A stretch of DNA of 64,000 nucleotides from Balanoglossus misakiensis (GCA_040954595.2 CM082581.2:13279921-13343920), one strand, 5' to 3'; shown: positions 1-14,720, counted from the stretch's first letter. Notes: generated by a model not told the origin, from the sequence alone. Program-made: numbers and translations.

Positions 1-507
1 TTCTCCAAAACAGAAGTGTACACAGTGTGTATGTGAGGGTTACCATCGAAATTATTGTTTTGATTCAAGTGCTGGGAGACATTCCGAACATGTATGAGTA
101 GCTGTCATCCAGAAATCGTAAGTTGTGCATGAACTTTTAGCTGTGGCAGTTTTGTGACGAGGCAATATACGCGGACCGGGTCGTCAAAACTCACCGCTTG
201 TGTTGTACACGTCCCACAATAGTCATATAATTGCCCTGTCACAGAGGATAGAATACCCCTGTTTGTTATGTTTGATGCTGCGTCCCATAGGATCTCGTTT
301 AATTTCAATATGCCACAGTATCCCGAGGGACTGTATGTACACGAAATAGTTACAAAGGGCACTAGCTTGTCGAGGCAACCAACTCTAACAAGTTGTGATC
401 GGGAGGTGGCGCTGTAATGTTACCCCAAAGATGAGATGTTATTGCATGTGACATGTTTTCCTTTGCCACCCACAACTTTGACCTTTGGTCTTGTGCATTC
501 CCAGATA

Positions 508-2441
<1,934 letters not shown>

Positions 2442-2599
2442 TGTTGCTCTGATCAACAACTGGTACACGGTCAATCAGAGCATCTTCATTGTAAATATGC
2501 ATTCATCCATGACACATCACTGTACAAATGAACGTCAAATAGTTTGCTGTTATCAGAACCCAAGAAAAAAGGGCTTACGAACATTAAATCAAGAATTTC

Positions 2600-2605
2600 A
2601 ATAAA
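2600..2605 (+). terminator. Candidate polyadenylation signal of LRP2BP (a second AATAAA lies at 3248-3253)
   Basis: AATAAA about 160 nt after the stop codon. The distal AATAAA is followed by GT-rich sequence. Confidence 0.4.
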
Positions 2606-5600
2606 GTCGTATATTTTATTGTAAAATATGAATTCTCATTCCCACACGGGCATGAAAGAAGAAATATGTATATATATCTTATGAAAGTTTTTTGTGAATT
2701 TATCCAGTAAATTAAGTTTTCCAGAAGATGCATCATATGACCTAACAAAGACACAATGTTTAATTTAATATTAGTCTATTTAGTCTAATTTTCAAGGTGC
2801 GTAATGTATAAACTTTGGAAGTCTGACTTAGAAATGTTATCAGTGAAGTTTACCATACACAGGGGCAGGTCAAAGGTGCTCAGGTCAAACTCATTTCGTC
2901 TCCATTCTACAGTTGAGAATGTCAAGTACAGTTACTGTGTGCCAACTGATAATGTACTTCAATTGACCAGTCTCTGGTCACTAGACAAGTACTGTTCAAG
3001 GTCAGCTGGACAAATTGTTGTGTGATATGGTCATTTTTGTTTGTCAGAGAACTCTGTATATTGCTGTTCAATATGTAAAAATGTATTTCGGAAAATGTTG
3101 TAATGATAATGGTAGGTTTTGGTACCTGAAGTTGATTTTGTACAGCGAGATTGTGGTAGCTTTCAGTGAAGATTGTACAGTACTTAGTCCTTACTGTTTA
3201 CAGTGATTTACCGATGAAGCATTGAATTATGTGAATTGTGGATTTGTAATAAAATTTTAGTGAAAAACCCTTGAAGCTGGTTTGTCAAATATGTACATGT
3301 TGTATTTGTTGTGTAACTTCAAACCAGTGTCATGGTAACAGGGAAACCAGCTAACAGTACTCTTGCCAAAATCAAATTCCACACCATCTCTGTTGGATCT
3401 AGCACCATGGCAGATACACAACTATTATAATGCAGCTGTCAATGTGTTGACCAGTAATTTATGTCTTCACTTGGACTACACTGGAATTTAGTCTCATATG
3501 GTGCATAAGATGTCTCCGATATATGAAAAAACCATGGTTTAACACTGTACAAGTACACACACATATTGTATCTGTACAGAAATTAATCTATGATATCCCC
3601 CCACCCCGTACAAGGATCAGCAAAGGTAAAGATCAAGCCAACCCTACATTTGATTTTAAGGCAGATTTGCATGCATAAAGGAATATAATGGTGTGAAAAA
3701 AACAAGACACAATTGTTTTGTAATTCTTTAAGTTTACAGTCAAATTTAATGTTTATAAATACTCAATAAAGACAACATACAAAAGAAAATCATTTACAAA
3801 CATCCCCTTCTGATTTATCTGGCTTACAACATTAGCATTATGACAGCATCTGTGATCTTGGTGTATGCTAAACAACTTCTCAACCACCTCAACCAATCAC
3901 AAGCTTCACCAAATGCACCTGGTGAATGGCACGTTTTGATTGGATAGTTGTCAGTCAGTTCCCTTGTCACATGGTCAGTGAGGTGCCACTTCCATCATTC
4001 GAAACTCAATCTTTGACGTGTGAACATCATGGCTGAAAGTAGTGTGACCACAACGACCTATTCATTACCCAGAAGAATTTCCGACAACCGAGTGAAAGTG
4101 AAGGTCAGGACTGTGATGATGTGAACTGGATTTTTTCAAGATTTTGGCAGCCTCATTGAAGATAATGTACAGAAACCATCGGTTATGGAAAGTGACTTGA
4201 AGAAAATCGAGGGTGACTGTTCTCCTGGCTTGCAGCCCCATTGCGCACATCATGTACTGTAAGTAACAGTTTTCTGTCATTTTTTTCTCAAAACATGTAA
4301 ATTTAAAGTTATTCCACCGATTAGGAACTATCGATTGTATGTCAGCAAAGAACTTCAAGGAAGTTCTGGTTCATCAAAAGTGAAACTTTCAGTCTAAATC
4401 GTGTGCACGGTAGAAATGCAAGCCCAACCAAAGGTCATGCCCAGCGCAGAGATCAGGAGAAAGATGGCCGAACCTAGTATGCGCACCTGGAAGTACTTCC
4501 AGAGGAGGCAGCATTTCTAATTTGTTTTCTTTTGTGTTGTGAGTGAATGTTATTAGGCCAGGTGCAGTGCAATATCTCAGTGGACAAAATGCAAAATAGC
4601 ACTGATTATGTCCCAAGAGAACAAAGAGTCTGGGCACTTGTAGTAATGTAATGGAGACTTAGGAATCTTGCTCTGCAAAAATCATAAACATATATTTTAC
4701 ATAATTTACATGCTGAATAAGACTAGATAAATAACTCAAAAAGTTCTGATTGTTAGATAAACAGAGCCATGATGGCAAGACTTCAGTCTGGTTTATTTCA
4801 AAACCTTGTTCCTGATAAATAGCACACATAAAACCCAAGAGTTTGTAATAATCAGAACCCATGCAAATAAATTTACACTTCCGTTGTCAATAGGACAAAA
4901 CAAACACATTATAATGGAAAAGCACAAACCTTTAACATTTGGAGGACTTTAACATACATGTAAGACATAATGAACAAAACCAAAACATCTGTGTATAGTA
5001 CAGTATCTTTAAATTAATACCCAAAAAGGTCACATCAGACTATACAAGATATACATACAAGTACTAAGCATCACAACGAAATGATATAGTTCTGGAAAAA
5101 ATACTGGTTTAGTTTGTTGTTCGCTTTCTGTACATCAATGATCATCATTGTTGAAAATAATTATAAAGACGCGAGAACTATTACCACGTTGTTAGTGAAT
5201 CATTATCTCTTCCCTGATAGCCTGAACCTCATGTTCAATTCCCTGTTTCCCTTCATATAAAACCCTTCTCCTAATAGATGCAACATCCTTGCTGTTGATC
5301 CCTAGTAGACTAAAAACCTTACCCTATCCCCAAAGATGACTACCACCCTTTCTGGCTCTAATGCCCAAATACCCCTAACCCTTCTGCTAGCCACCTCCGA
5401 GGGAGCAATTCTTTCCTTGCTTAAAATACGGTGGGTGATCATGTCAAGTGAAAAAATGTACAGTTCACATGTGTTTTAAAAGATCTTATGAATGATGTAT
5501 TGTGTGATCAAAGCTTATAATTTTAATATGCAAAAATCATGTTTTAACAAAATTAGTAAAAGCTGTGTTAAATCTTGAGAGAACAAAAATCTCTCTGTAA

Positions 5601-5741
5601 CAAACTTTTAAATCTGATCAGTTTCACATCATTACATGTTGAAAATATTTCTTTTTGATAAAAACAATGTTTCAGTCTTTCATGAGGATGTTGAAAATAA
5701 TACTTTGGATTGATCTGAACCCTTGACGCTGTCATGAAATA

Positions 5742-8700
5742 CTATGATCCGTACCCATGGCCATCCCGCTGCCCTCGTTTCTGTAAATCCTCTATCCTAA
5801 TATCTTTTAAATGAAGTAAATGTTCCAATCTTCGAACTTTTGCTTGAAGAATCTGAAGAAAAAATGAAGGAATATTGGACATGTTAGGAAACTGACTGTG
5901 ACAGTTTATTACAATGTGAATGGCAAAGCATCACAACATTTAAGTTTTCACAGCAATGACAGATAACAAGGGTGGGGGAGGGAGGTCCATCATAGAAAGG
6001 TTTAACCAGTCTTCATACCTGTACAGTTTCTTGAGATGCTAATAATGCTTGTTCTTTCTCTTCCAATAAGAGCCTCACTTCTGGACTCAGTTGTATGTCA
6101 TTCACGTGTGTTAACGACTTCGTCCTTGGAACAGGTCTGTTGAGTATATTAATTAAAAGAAAACATGAATCAATAATCAAGTGACTACTAATTCATAACA
6201 CATAAATGTACTGGGTCAAAGCAGAGTTTACTGATATTGTGATTTTGTTCTGTGATGTAATCATGATTGACAACATCGCCATGCAACTTCAATTAAGTAG
6301 ATCAACTGTTAATCATAGACTGTTACCTTAGTTACAGATACATACACTTATGAAGCACAAAACATCTTTTATAAAAGTCACTTCAAAATCCAAACCTTAC
6401 CCATAGATGTTAACTGGCATCTTTCTGTTAGAGCATTTAATATAACAAAAAGCAACACACACAAACAAACAAAAAATTGCAGTTTAGAATTTGTTAGTGC
6501 TTGCAAGTGGACTATTACACCATAGCTCAGATGTTGATGACCAAAACCCGATTGTCAGCAATCGATATAGAAGAATGTCGTACTTGGTTGGTTGACTCCT
6601 GATTCGACTTTGACTTTGAAAAGTGACCAATTCAATGATTGGCATTTCAGTGAGACAGAAGAGATTCTGTATGAAACTTCTGGGGTTGAGAGTTTTAGTG
6701 TGGATATTGTTAGCTAAGGAAATATTCTGGCAAGTGGGGATTTAATTAATGACAGGCAAGAATGTACAGGGGGAATGTGACATGAACAAAGTGTTGGGTG
6801 ACTAATTTGATGTCATGAATAATATATTGCTAACCAGAGAATGGTCTTGTTAATTAACTTAACAGAACGTAAAGACAGCTAGCTAAAATCACCACAGCAA
6901 TCAAACAACTATAACCTTGTCTCCCCTAAGTATGTATCTTGGAATGATCCAACTTTTGATGTAATACACACTTAGCAGGACCATCCCAATACATGAGGAG
7001 GGGTGAGTCATCAAAATTACCTTGTAGTAAATTTCTTGAGACTGTACAACCAAACCAGAGAATAAGAAAACATAATAAATGGGACATGCAAGTGGGAAAA
7101 CAGTGCCAGGAAATAGAGTGAAGGAATTTGTTATAAAATACTGACAGAAAGTTGACTTTTAAAGGGAGGCAATCATCTGAGCATTTGACTTCTGCACTGC
7201 CCTTACTAGTCTTGTTGGTACAGTCCTTCCATGTAACTGAAAAGTAAAGCAGTATGTTACGTACCCTTGGAGGTATCCCGGATCTTTGTCAACACTTGTA
7301 TGTGATGGATTTGTGTGAACTTTTTGACGTCCGACTGGTGGATGTCTGGTCCCTCTCCCTGAAGTAAAGCAAGAAATACTTCAAGTGAGACAGTATAACA
7401 AACTGCACTTCATCATGTCTGAGGTGTCTACAGTCACCAAACATGATCATGCTTCACATTCCATGTGTTATCATGGATCTATTGATTTGTTCATTTGGTT
7501 TGGTCCCTACATCAAACCTTGTGCTATCAGAAATCAGTTGACCCCTCTGTTTAGAAGATACCTGTCACTGATTGGTCTGCATATTGGTAATTTGCATATT
7601 AGTATCAAATATATGTAAGGCATGGATCAATTTGAACATAAAAAATAGAACATCTGCCATCATACCTTTGCTCCTGTCTGATCTGTCTGTGTCATTGCCA
7701 GGTTGGCGAAAACTTCCAACTTCTTGGCCGTTGAAGTAACCATCAGGTGATATCTGCAAGATTAGTGGTAAACAATGCAGTAAATTAAAAACTACATCAC
7801 GGCTGCTTTTCTAAATATATTTCTTACTAAAACATTCTTTACGATAACCTATCAACTGAACTGCCAAGAAATATGCAATAATCCATACCTGTGGTAAAGG
7901 CTTGGATGCTGGGAAACCTGTACCACCTCCTTGATTATTCTTGTTCCGTGCGTACATTTCAGTCTTTCTCCTGAGTTGATGCAAGACGACTTCAACAACG
8001 CCAGGTTTGCTGCTTGCAATCTGTCGCACAACATTCTCTGGAACATTGTAGTTGAGTTTTGATAACACTTTCCTGTCGAATGAGAAATAATTAAACAGGC
8101 TAAAAATGGTGCATTTCTCCAGCCAAGTTGTTTCAACTTAACTTCAGTTCTTCTTTTATTGAAACTATGGTTGCCAATAAGAGGTCAGGTGACAAACAAG
8201 CCACTTCAATAGACTCACCTGTTGAGAATTCCCCAATTGCTCATTTTCTGTTGCATGGAGTTTGCCGGTGTGTAGTTGTGAATCTCAACAAGTTTCGGAA
8301 TAAAATGCTTCACTATCTCGGCAACCATGACTGTGAAGGAGAAAAAGCACAAAGCAACTAAACAAAAGTGTTAGGATCACAAACTTGGAAGAGTACATTT
8401 CCAAGTTTGTGATATACATCAATGGATGTTTGGCATTTTTTTATACACAGGAGGGTGTGACATCCAATGTTGCCACATTTCCTATTGTCTATCAGTCAAC
8501 AGTAACTTTAAATGTAATTTATAGGTAATCCGTATAGATATGAAAACTGCTTATAATTATTACCAGTGTACATACATAATTACTCAAGTGAACTGCAGTG
8601 TGTACATTTGACATAGATTCTCTACATCATTTAGATGTCAGTGCAGTTGGGTATATTACTTATCCATGTACTTATCACGGTCACTCACCGTGTACTTATC

Positions 8701-8973
8701 AACAATTGTACATTTCTTAATTTAATATGTATGTAGGTCTCTACACCCTGGTTGTATGTGAACTTGTGTTTTGTGTTTGTACTCACCGCCATCTGCAAAG
8801 TCCCTTGTGATGTTTCGTTTTGGTCTTGTGAGAGGGATTTCGTCAATCCATGAGAATAAATCTTGTAACTGTTCTTCGGTTAGCTCAGCCATTTGCACGT
8901 CTTCATCTCCTATGTTCACATCTACTGGTACGGGTTCCTGTTTCGTGGCCTGACTTTTGGCATCTGGCTTCAT
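5742..8973 (-). CDS. SPEF1: Sperm flagellar protein 1 (SPEF1/CLAMP): N-terminal calponin-homology-like domain and C-terminal coiled coil
   Basis: Minus-strand exons 8973-8787, 8330-8219, 8072-7889, 7753-7666, 7358-7265, (7041-7021), (6424-6401), 6136-6019 and 5852-5742 are all GT-AG and phase-compatible. Translation gives LFSWIDEIPLTRPKRNITRDFADGVMVAEIVKHFIPKLVEIHNYTPANSMQQKMSNWGILNRKVLSKL and EKEQALLASQETVQILQAKVRRLEHLLHLKDIRIEDL, both typical of SPEF1. Confidence 0.93.
6401..6424 (-). CDS. SPEF1: Candidate 24-nt microexon of SPEF1 (phase 2-2; KMPVNIY)
   Basis: Long T/GT-rich tract ending ctctaacag, donor TGG|gtaagg. Open in phase 2 (needed by the flanking exons) but has a stop in phase 0. 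Confidence 0.6.
7021..7041 (-). CDS. SPEF1: Candidate 21-nt microexon of SPEF1 (phase 2-2; LKKFTT)
   Basis: Pyrimidine-rich acceptor ...ttttcttattctctggtttggttgtacag, donor AAG|gtaatt, length divisible by 3, open in the required phase. Confidence 0.55.
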
Positions 8974-9039
8974 CGAGACAAATTTTCAAGTATTTTCTGT
9001 TAACTTTCGAGTTCTTGGCGTCTAAATATGCGATCCTGT

Positions 9040-9300
9040 GACACTTTCAGTGGTCAGACGCTTGTTATAATGTGTGTGATCGATTAAGACTGCCTCCAAC
9101 ACGTATACACGAGTGCGATCGAGTGGAGATTAGCACAAATATTGTCTATTGCTAGACGGCGGCCATATTGGCTGTTGTCACAACAATCAAACGCAACAAC
9201 TACATTGGTGACGTCACAAAATATCACTATCGGCGCGCGCACTGCAGTGTCGATGAGATCCAGAAAAGATAATTTGGCCATTGGCGGCGCTGTTGTCGAT
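9040..9300 (-). promoter_or_regulatory. CpG-rich proximal promoter region of SPEF1
   Basis: CpG density rises immediately upstream of the ATG. Contains ATTGG/CCAAT boxes (about 9167, 9204, 9280) and a perfect CRE palindrome GTGACGTCAC at 9208-9217. Confidence 0.55.
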
Positions 9301-12212
9301 TGTGATGAGCTTGATGCATCACGCCTACGCCAGCTGCTACGTAATAGTACTACTAGTATTCCTTGACTGCTCCGGACGGCTTTTACCTCTTGTCATAATC
9401 CTCGTTAACTTTGAATCAAGTGCCCCCCGCCCAAGAGAAAAGAAAAGAAAAAAAAGTTTTGGAGTTTTCTCACACGCTTACTTTCCTTTCGCGCAAAAAA
9501 AAAATATTGGCAGCGAACTAACATTCAAGTTCAACATTTCCAAGAATCGCTTTCTAAACCTGGCGACTTGGGCGCTACATCAGACTTCCATTACATTCGT
9601 GACACGTCTAGATGCACGCGCTAAAATGCGCTGAAATAAATTTCATTTTTTTATTCTTTCTGCACAGAGGTCGTCGTAAATGGGTCAGGCAAATCCTTGA
9701 GTTACGCAACAGTCTTTAATATACTCCGACATTCCAAAGTCGCTTTGGGAGTCTTTACGCCAGAAAACACATTGTACCAGGATTTGGCAAAGGCAGAGTG
9801 GGTTTCTTATGGTAACAAGGTAAACGGGTAAACAGAGGCGACTTGTGCCGTCTCCTTTCTGTTTGACCATGAATGATCATGGCGTAACCCGTCGCTCGAG
9901 GGCGCTCGTTGCACTCCCCATCTTAGAAGATATCAATATTTTCCAAGTGGTCAATATCCGTTACTGGTGATGGTGGTTGGGGGTTTGGTGTTGAGCAGAG
10001 AGAGAACATCAAAACCAAGGTCACTTTCTGAGCACTCGTTTCGTTCATGTTGTGAAAACAAGAACTCTCACTTTGACCCCTTTCGGCCCTGCCTTTACAT
10101 GCTTCGGTCCACTATTTACTGGCGAAACCGAGACAGGATATGCGCAGACATCACCATGACAACACGTCAAATGCTAAACGTGACCGGATGTCAAAATCGA
10201 ATGGCGATAATTATCCACGGAAATTATCTCTTGTAAGAATCCCATGCATTATAGTCCTCGTCATTCGACCAGTACGTGCATTTCGAGAAGAGGGTTACAT
10301 TTTAGAAACGCCGTAGCTGATTCCAGTTTCTGATTCACAAACACGTCTTGTCCTCCGTAGATTGGGTGTGTCAACGACCCTGGCATCAGTATTCTGTAAA
10401 ATTCTGGCACTTTCTCTGAGATCGGGTCTAACAAAGGTTTCCGAAGTCAATTCTTACATAACGCCACGGTGCTGAAACACCTACGTCACTACGCATCCTT
10501 TATGCAAAAGACGTCGTCATTTCATTAGTTTTCTTTTGCCAATGGCATGCTCACTGTTGTTTGTAAAGAAGATGTCGTCACTCCCGTGACCGGAGCAAGA
10601 CAACTTCACTTCAAGGATGTGGCCAATGGCTATCTGACAAAACAATAATGAGGAGCTTTGCCACTGGCTGCGTAATTTCCTTTAGAAAATTGCCTTTGGA
10701 CAGAGGGGAGAACTTCAAACAGATTTGGACAAATGTCTCCATTGGCATAATCTACTTCCCAAACACCAGTATATGTTTGGCTTTTAAACGCATATTTGTC
10801 AGCATCTGTGAAACTGTTGTTAATCCGACTAGACGTTCAAAGTCTTAATTTTAGTATATGCAATGATAATTTCTCATTAAAAATTAACAATTACCGTTCT
10901 ATAGCTCTCTTATATCATCAAGGTTCTTAGATACCGTTCTGTATCTTCGTTTTCAACATTTTAATCGAGAAGGACCATGAACAAAATGGTCTTAAGCTTC
11001 CCATACCAAACACACTCATCAGTGAAAAATCTACCATATTGTATACACACATGTTTCTGTTTTGATTCTGTCTGTCTGTCTGTCTGTCGATCGATTCTCA
11101 TATTTCTAAAAAAAAATAGACTCATAGGCTTGATGTTATTGGACTTGGTGACTTTAATACATTCACACAGGTGGACATCGATAGAAAATGCTTCTTTAAA
11201 AATGTAATCTCTCTTTTAAAATTATTTACAGAAGGCTAAAATTTTCAACCTATTGATACTGGTTAATCATGTGCAACTTACTAAATCAACATCAGATCAC
11301 ATCTCTGAAGTACTTCCATAGCAAAAAGTACAAAAAGCAATTTACAATTCAAAATTCGATAGGCCTAAAATAAAAGTCTTTTCAAACCGACATTTTATAC
11401 ATATATTTACAAAAGTGCATGCCCCTTCCTTCGAAGTGTTATCTATTTGTTGCGTTTGAGTACTAACACGAGCAGTGTGATATGCCCCCCCCCTCCCCAG
11501 GGTATCATACACCGACAGGTCACTTGACGTTGGCGGCCGTTAACCCAACACTTTTCCAATACAGTGCTAGTACTCAATATGCCCTCCGTCCATCATCTCC
11601 TATGATACAATGGTGCGTAACACACACGAAAACATGATATTAGAAGTCACTCGTTTTGTTTTAAAAATCGATCAAGAAAATGAGGGACGGAACTGCCTTT
11701 CAATTCTACTGATAATAGTGCATTTATCCTTTCAAATTCGGAGATTCACAGTTAATACCACGCTTTCGAAATTTAGAAAAATAGATTCTGTTTGGTTTCA
11801 TCGACCGACGAAACAATTTATCCAATCTATATCAAACATCCCTGTCTCCGACATAGTACACACGTTTTGTTGTTCTTGATACTTTCAAATTCGCTGGGTT
11901 CTACTATCTGGTATGAAAATAAGTTCATTCTGTTTGAAGGAGAAAACGTCAGCTGATTGTTTCTTTGTTTCTGTGGCGGTCGGCCTTCCCGAGTTTCACG
12001 TAGTACACATTTCTGTCCTTGCCAATTGTCTCAATACGCACCATGACACATCCACAGTCCGAGCAAACAGTTTCCCCCGTATTTCAGCCAAACGACCTCT
12101 TCGTCATGCAAACAGGTCATTCGGCCGGAACTGCATTCTTGTACCCCCAGTAAATGTTAGTGTTGGCCGGAAAATGCTGATTTCTTTAGCAGATTGGCCT
12201 TATGTGCGCGAT

Positions 12213-14720
12213 CTAGTGAGCAAGAAGTGACAGTACTGCGCACACCAACGCCAAAAATACGTTCACGGCAACAATTGTACTACCTGCAACCAAGAAAAAA
12301 AAAGATGTGCCATCAGTAACTTGGCAGTTTGAGTGAAATTACTGCGCAATGCTCTTTCCCCCCTTCCCTCCTTCTCTCCCCTCTCAAAGTGTAATTGTTT
12401 CGAGGGAGAATTTATTGGTCTCTTTCTGTCTCTTGAAACTTGTGTAAATCGCCGGAACTTATTGGGTCGATATTCCTCATGAATAGTCAGACACAGGTGA
12501 TGCGGGAGTTCAGTGATGTTATCCGTATTACCGTATTACTGTTAGTCTTGAGTGAAGTACAAAAAAAGAATAAAGTCTTACCTGAGCATGTAATAGAAGT
12601 GCATTTGATACTGTCTCCATCTCCTCCAGTCATCAATGACCAGGTGGCAGAAGTACTCGGTTCAACTCTCAAACACACGTGAGTGATGTCATCGCAATTG
12701 ACGCTGGTAAAATCGAGAGTGACTGCCAGGCCTGAGAACGTGTAGGATCCGCCGGCGCTGAGGTCGGCGGTCTGCTGGGCTGAGGTCAGAGTGACCGTCA
12801 CTTCGGTAGACGTCGGGCTGCCGCCGTCGCTGTCGGACGAGTAGACGGTCACTTCCCAATTGTCGCTGCCGGAAATCGCCGCCGAATCGTTGCTGCTCTC
12901 CACGGTGCAGTCGAAATCGATGGCTTGTCCGCCGCCGACGGCCACGATCAGATCATCGGGATCATTTATGGAGACGTCGGTGATGTTCAGATCGACTTCT
13001 GTTGATGCTGTGAAAAGCAGGAAAAGTATTCGACAAGAGTTAGGGAAGTTTCTCGAACAACTTGATTCCTTGAACCAGCAAAGTCAAAACGTTATTCGAT
13101 TAACTGATAATTACAGCCGCGATTTACCATGTAAAGAAATCTTAGACAAAACAACACCAACTGTTGTTTCTTGTAACATCACCCATGGTCTCGTCCCTAT
13201 ACTCATTTGTTCTCGTAACTGGCCAACAGGTAGAAATAGGCCTACATAAATTAATATTCGACATAAAATAAACTTACCAACAGTACTCTGTTCTTGAGTA
13301 CCTGCTGTTGTCGCTTCTTCTGTGGTCTGAGCTGCAATTATAAATTACAAATTAAATTAATACTTAATTCTTACTGGCAATGCAATAAGCGTGATTTTCC
13401 TATTATTAATTAAAAAGATTATGATCCATGTGTAGAATGTGAATATCACAAATTTTATGAATGCAGTATGTGGCTCTTACCAAGCGTTCTGCTGACAAAC
13501 AGCACCATGAAAATTGCAAAAATTGCCGTTTTAAATGCCTGTGGAGATAAAAATGTATAAAATGTTATTGTGGTTTGGTTATTTTAAAACACAGACTTTA
13601 ATGGGTGCCCGCAACCGACAATCTCAGCATACGCGTTACGTAACGAGTAGCGATTTTTTGTCCCGAGAGTGTTTATTCATAAGCCTCTTCACTTTCCATT
13701 CAAAGGTCAGCTACCATTACAATTCCAATATCATTACGTAACGACCTTTATCCCGCCATCTTGCCCAGTAAAACGCTTCACTGCGTTGCTAAGCTATGGA
13801 AACAGACAAACACACCGTCTTACACCGAGGATTATAGCAGCAGCCTACGGGGGCACATAAAATGAGCGTGTGATCTCTCACGTTGAAAATGATCAAGAAA
13901 ACACTCATAAACCGCGGACATCGTGAGATTTTTCGGGTAACGAGAAAAAAAAGTGGCCATATTATGGAAACGAAGCTGTATTACGTATTTTATGACGATA
14001 CGAGGAATTTGACGTTTACAGAAAACTGAAAATGTACGCCACAAATATGGCGTCATGTACAATGTACGCACATATAGGACTACAGTAGATGGGATTAAAG
14101 AACTCCCCCCTTTTTAACTACCATGCTGTGATGTGGTTCATATAATGTAATAAAAAAGAAACCGGGGCGTAGTTGCGAAAGAAACCCTTTCAATCGATTT
14201 CTAGAACTGCTACTGACACGCTCATTAAATCTTACGATGTGAAAGACAACTGTGCGTCAGACATTTAAACAAGGTCTTGTTCATGTCCACGAGGAAGAAC
14301 TTGTATAAAAGAGGAAGACATTTAGAATGCAACTTGCTCTAGAGAAAAAAACATAGCTGATAATTAACTGTAAAATGCCGTTAGTAAGTTTGTATGTGAC
14401 TTCTGCAAATCACTTGTTGTTTTAATGAGGTGTTAATGGCTTTTTCTTATCTGCTTGTGGGCGCTGCTAAAATACATGAACGTGGAAGAAAACGACAAAA
14501 ATGTTGTAATATTGGTAAAATAATTTCATCGCGAGCATTTAAAAGAATGCGCGTTCGATACATCGTGTGTAATTCTTGTATGGTCTTTCTAAGTTCATTT
14601 CCAACTCAGATTCCTAGAAAACATATTAGTCGCCGCGGCCAATTTTCACATCGGTTTGTGCGTTTCTTGAACCAGACACTGAAGAAGATGAGAAAAAGAT
14701 GAGTATTTTGAACTTACCAT
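12213..14720 (-). CDS. Uncharacterised secreted, probably GPI-anchored cell-surface protein (203 aa, 5 coding exons)
   Basis: Exons: 14720-14718 (ATG|gtaagt); 13538-13481 (AFKTAIFAIFMVLFVSRTL, signal peptide-like); 13331-13278 (QTTEEATTAGTQEQSTV); 13007-12582 (about 142-aa Ser/Thr/Asp-rich domain with 5 Cys); 12283-12213 (GSTIVAVNVFLALVCAVLSLLAH*, hydrophobic tail with no cytoplasmic segment). All junctions are GT-AG with phases 0,1,1,1 and give one 612-nt ORF. Confidence 0.85.

Noticed and set aside
7207-7236. 30-nt extra SPEF1 exon (cag|TTACATGG...CTA|gtaagg)
   Set aside because: It would need a 28-nt intron after the donor at 7264, and reading through to this donor gives phase 0, which does not fit the downstream phase-2 exon.
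12860-13249. + strand ORFs overlapping the orphan gene's GC-rich exon (also 12440-12682)
   Set aside because: Antisense shadows of the real minus-strand exon.
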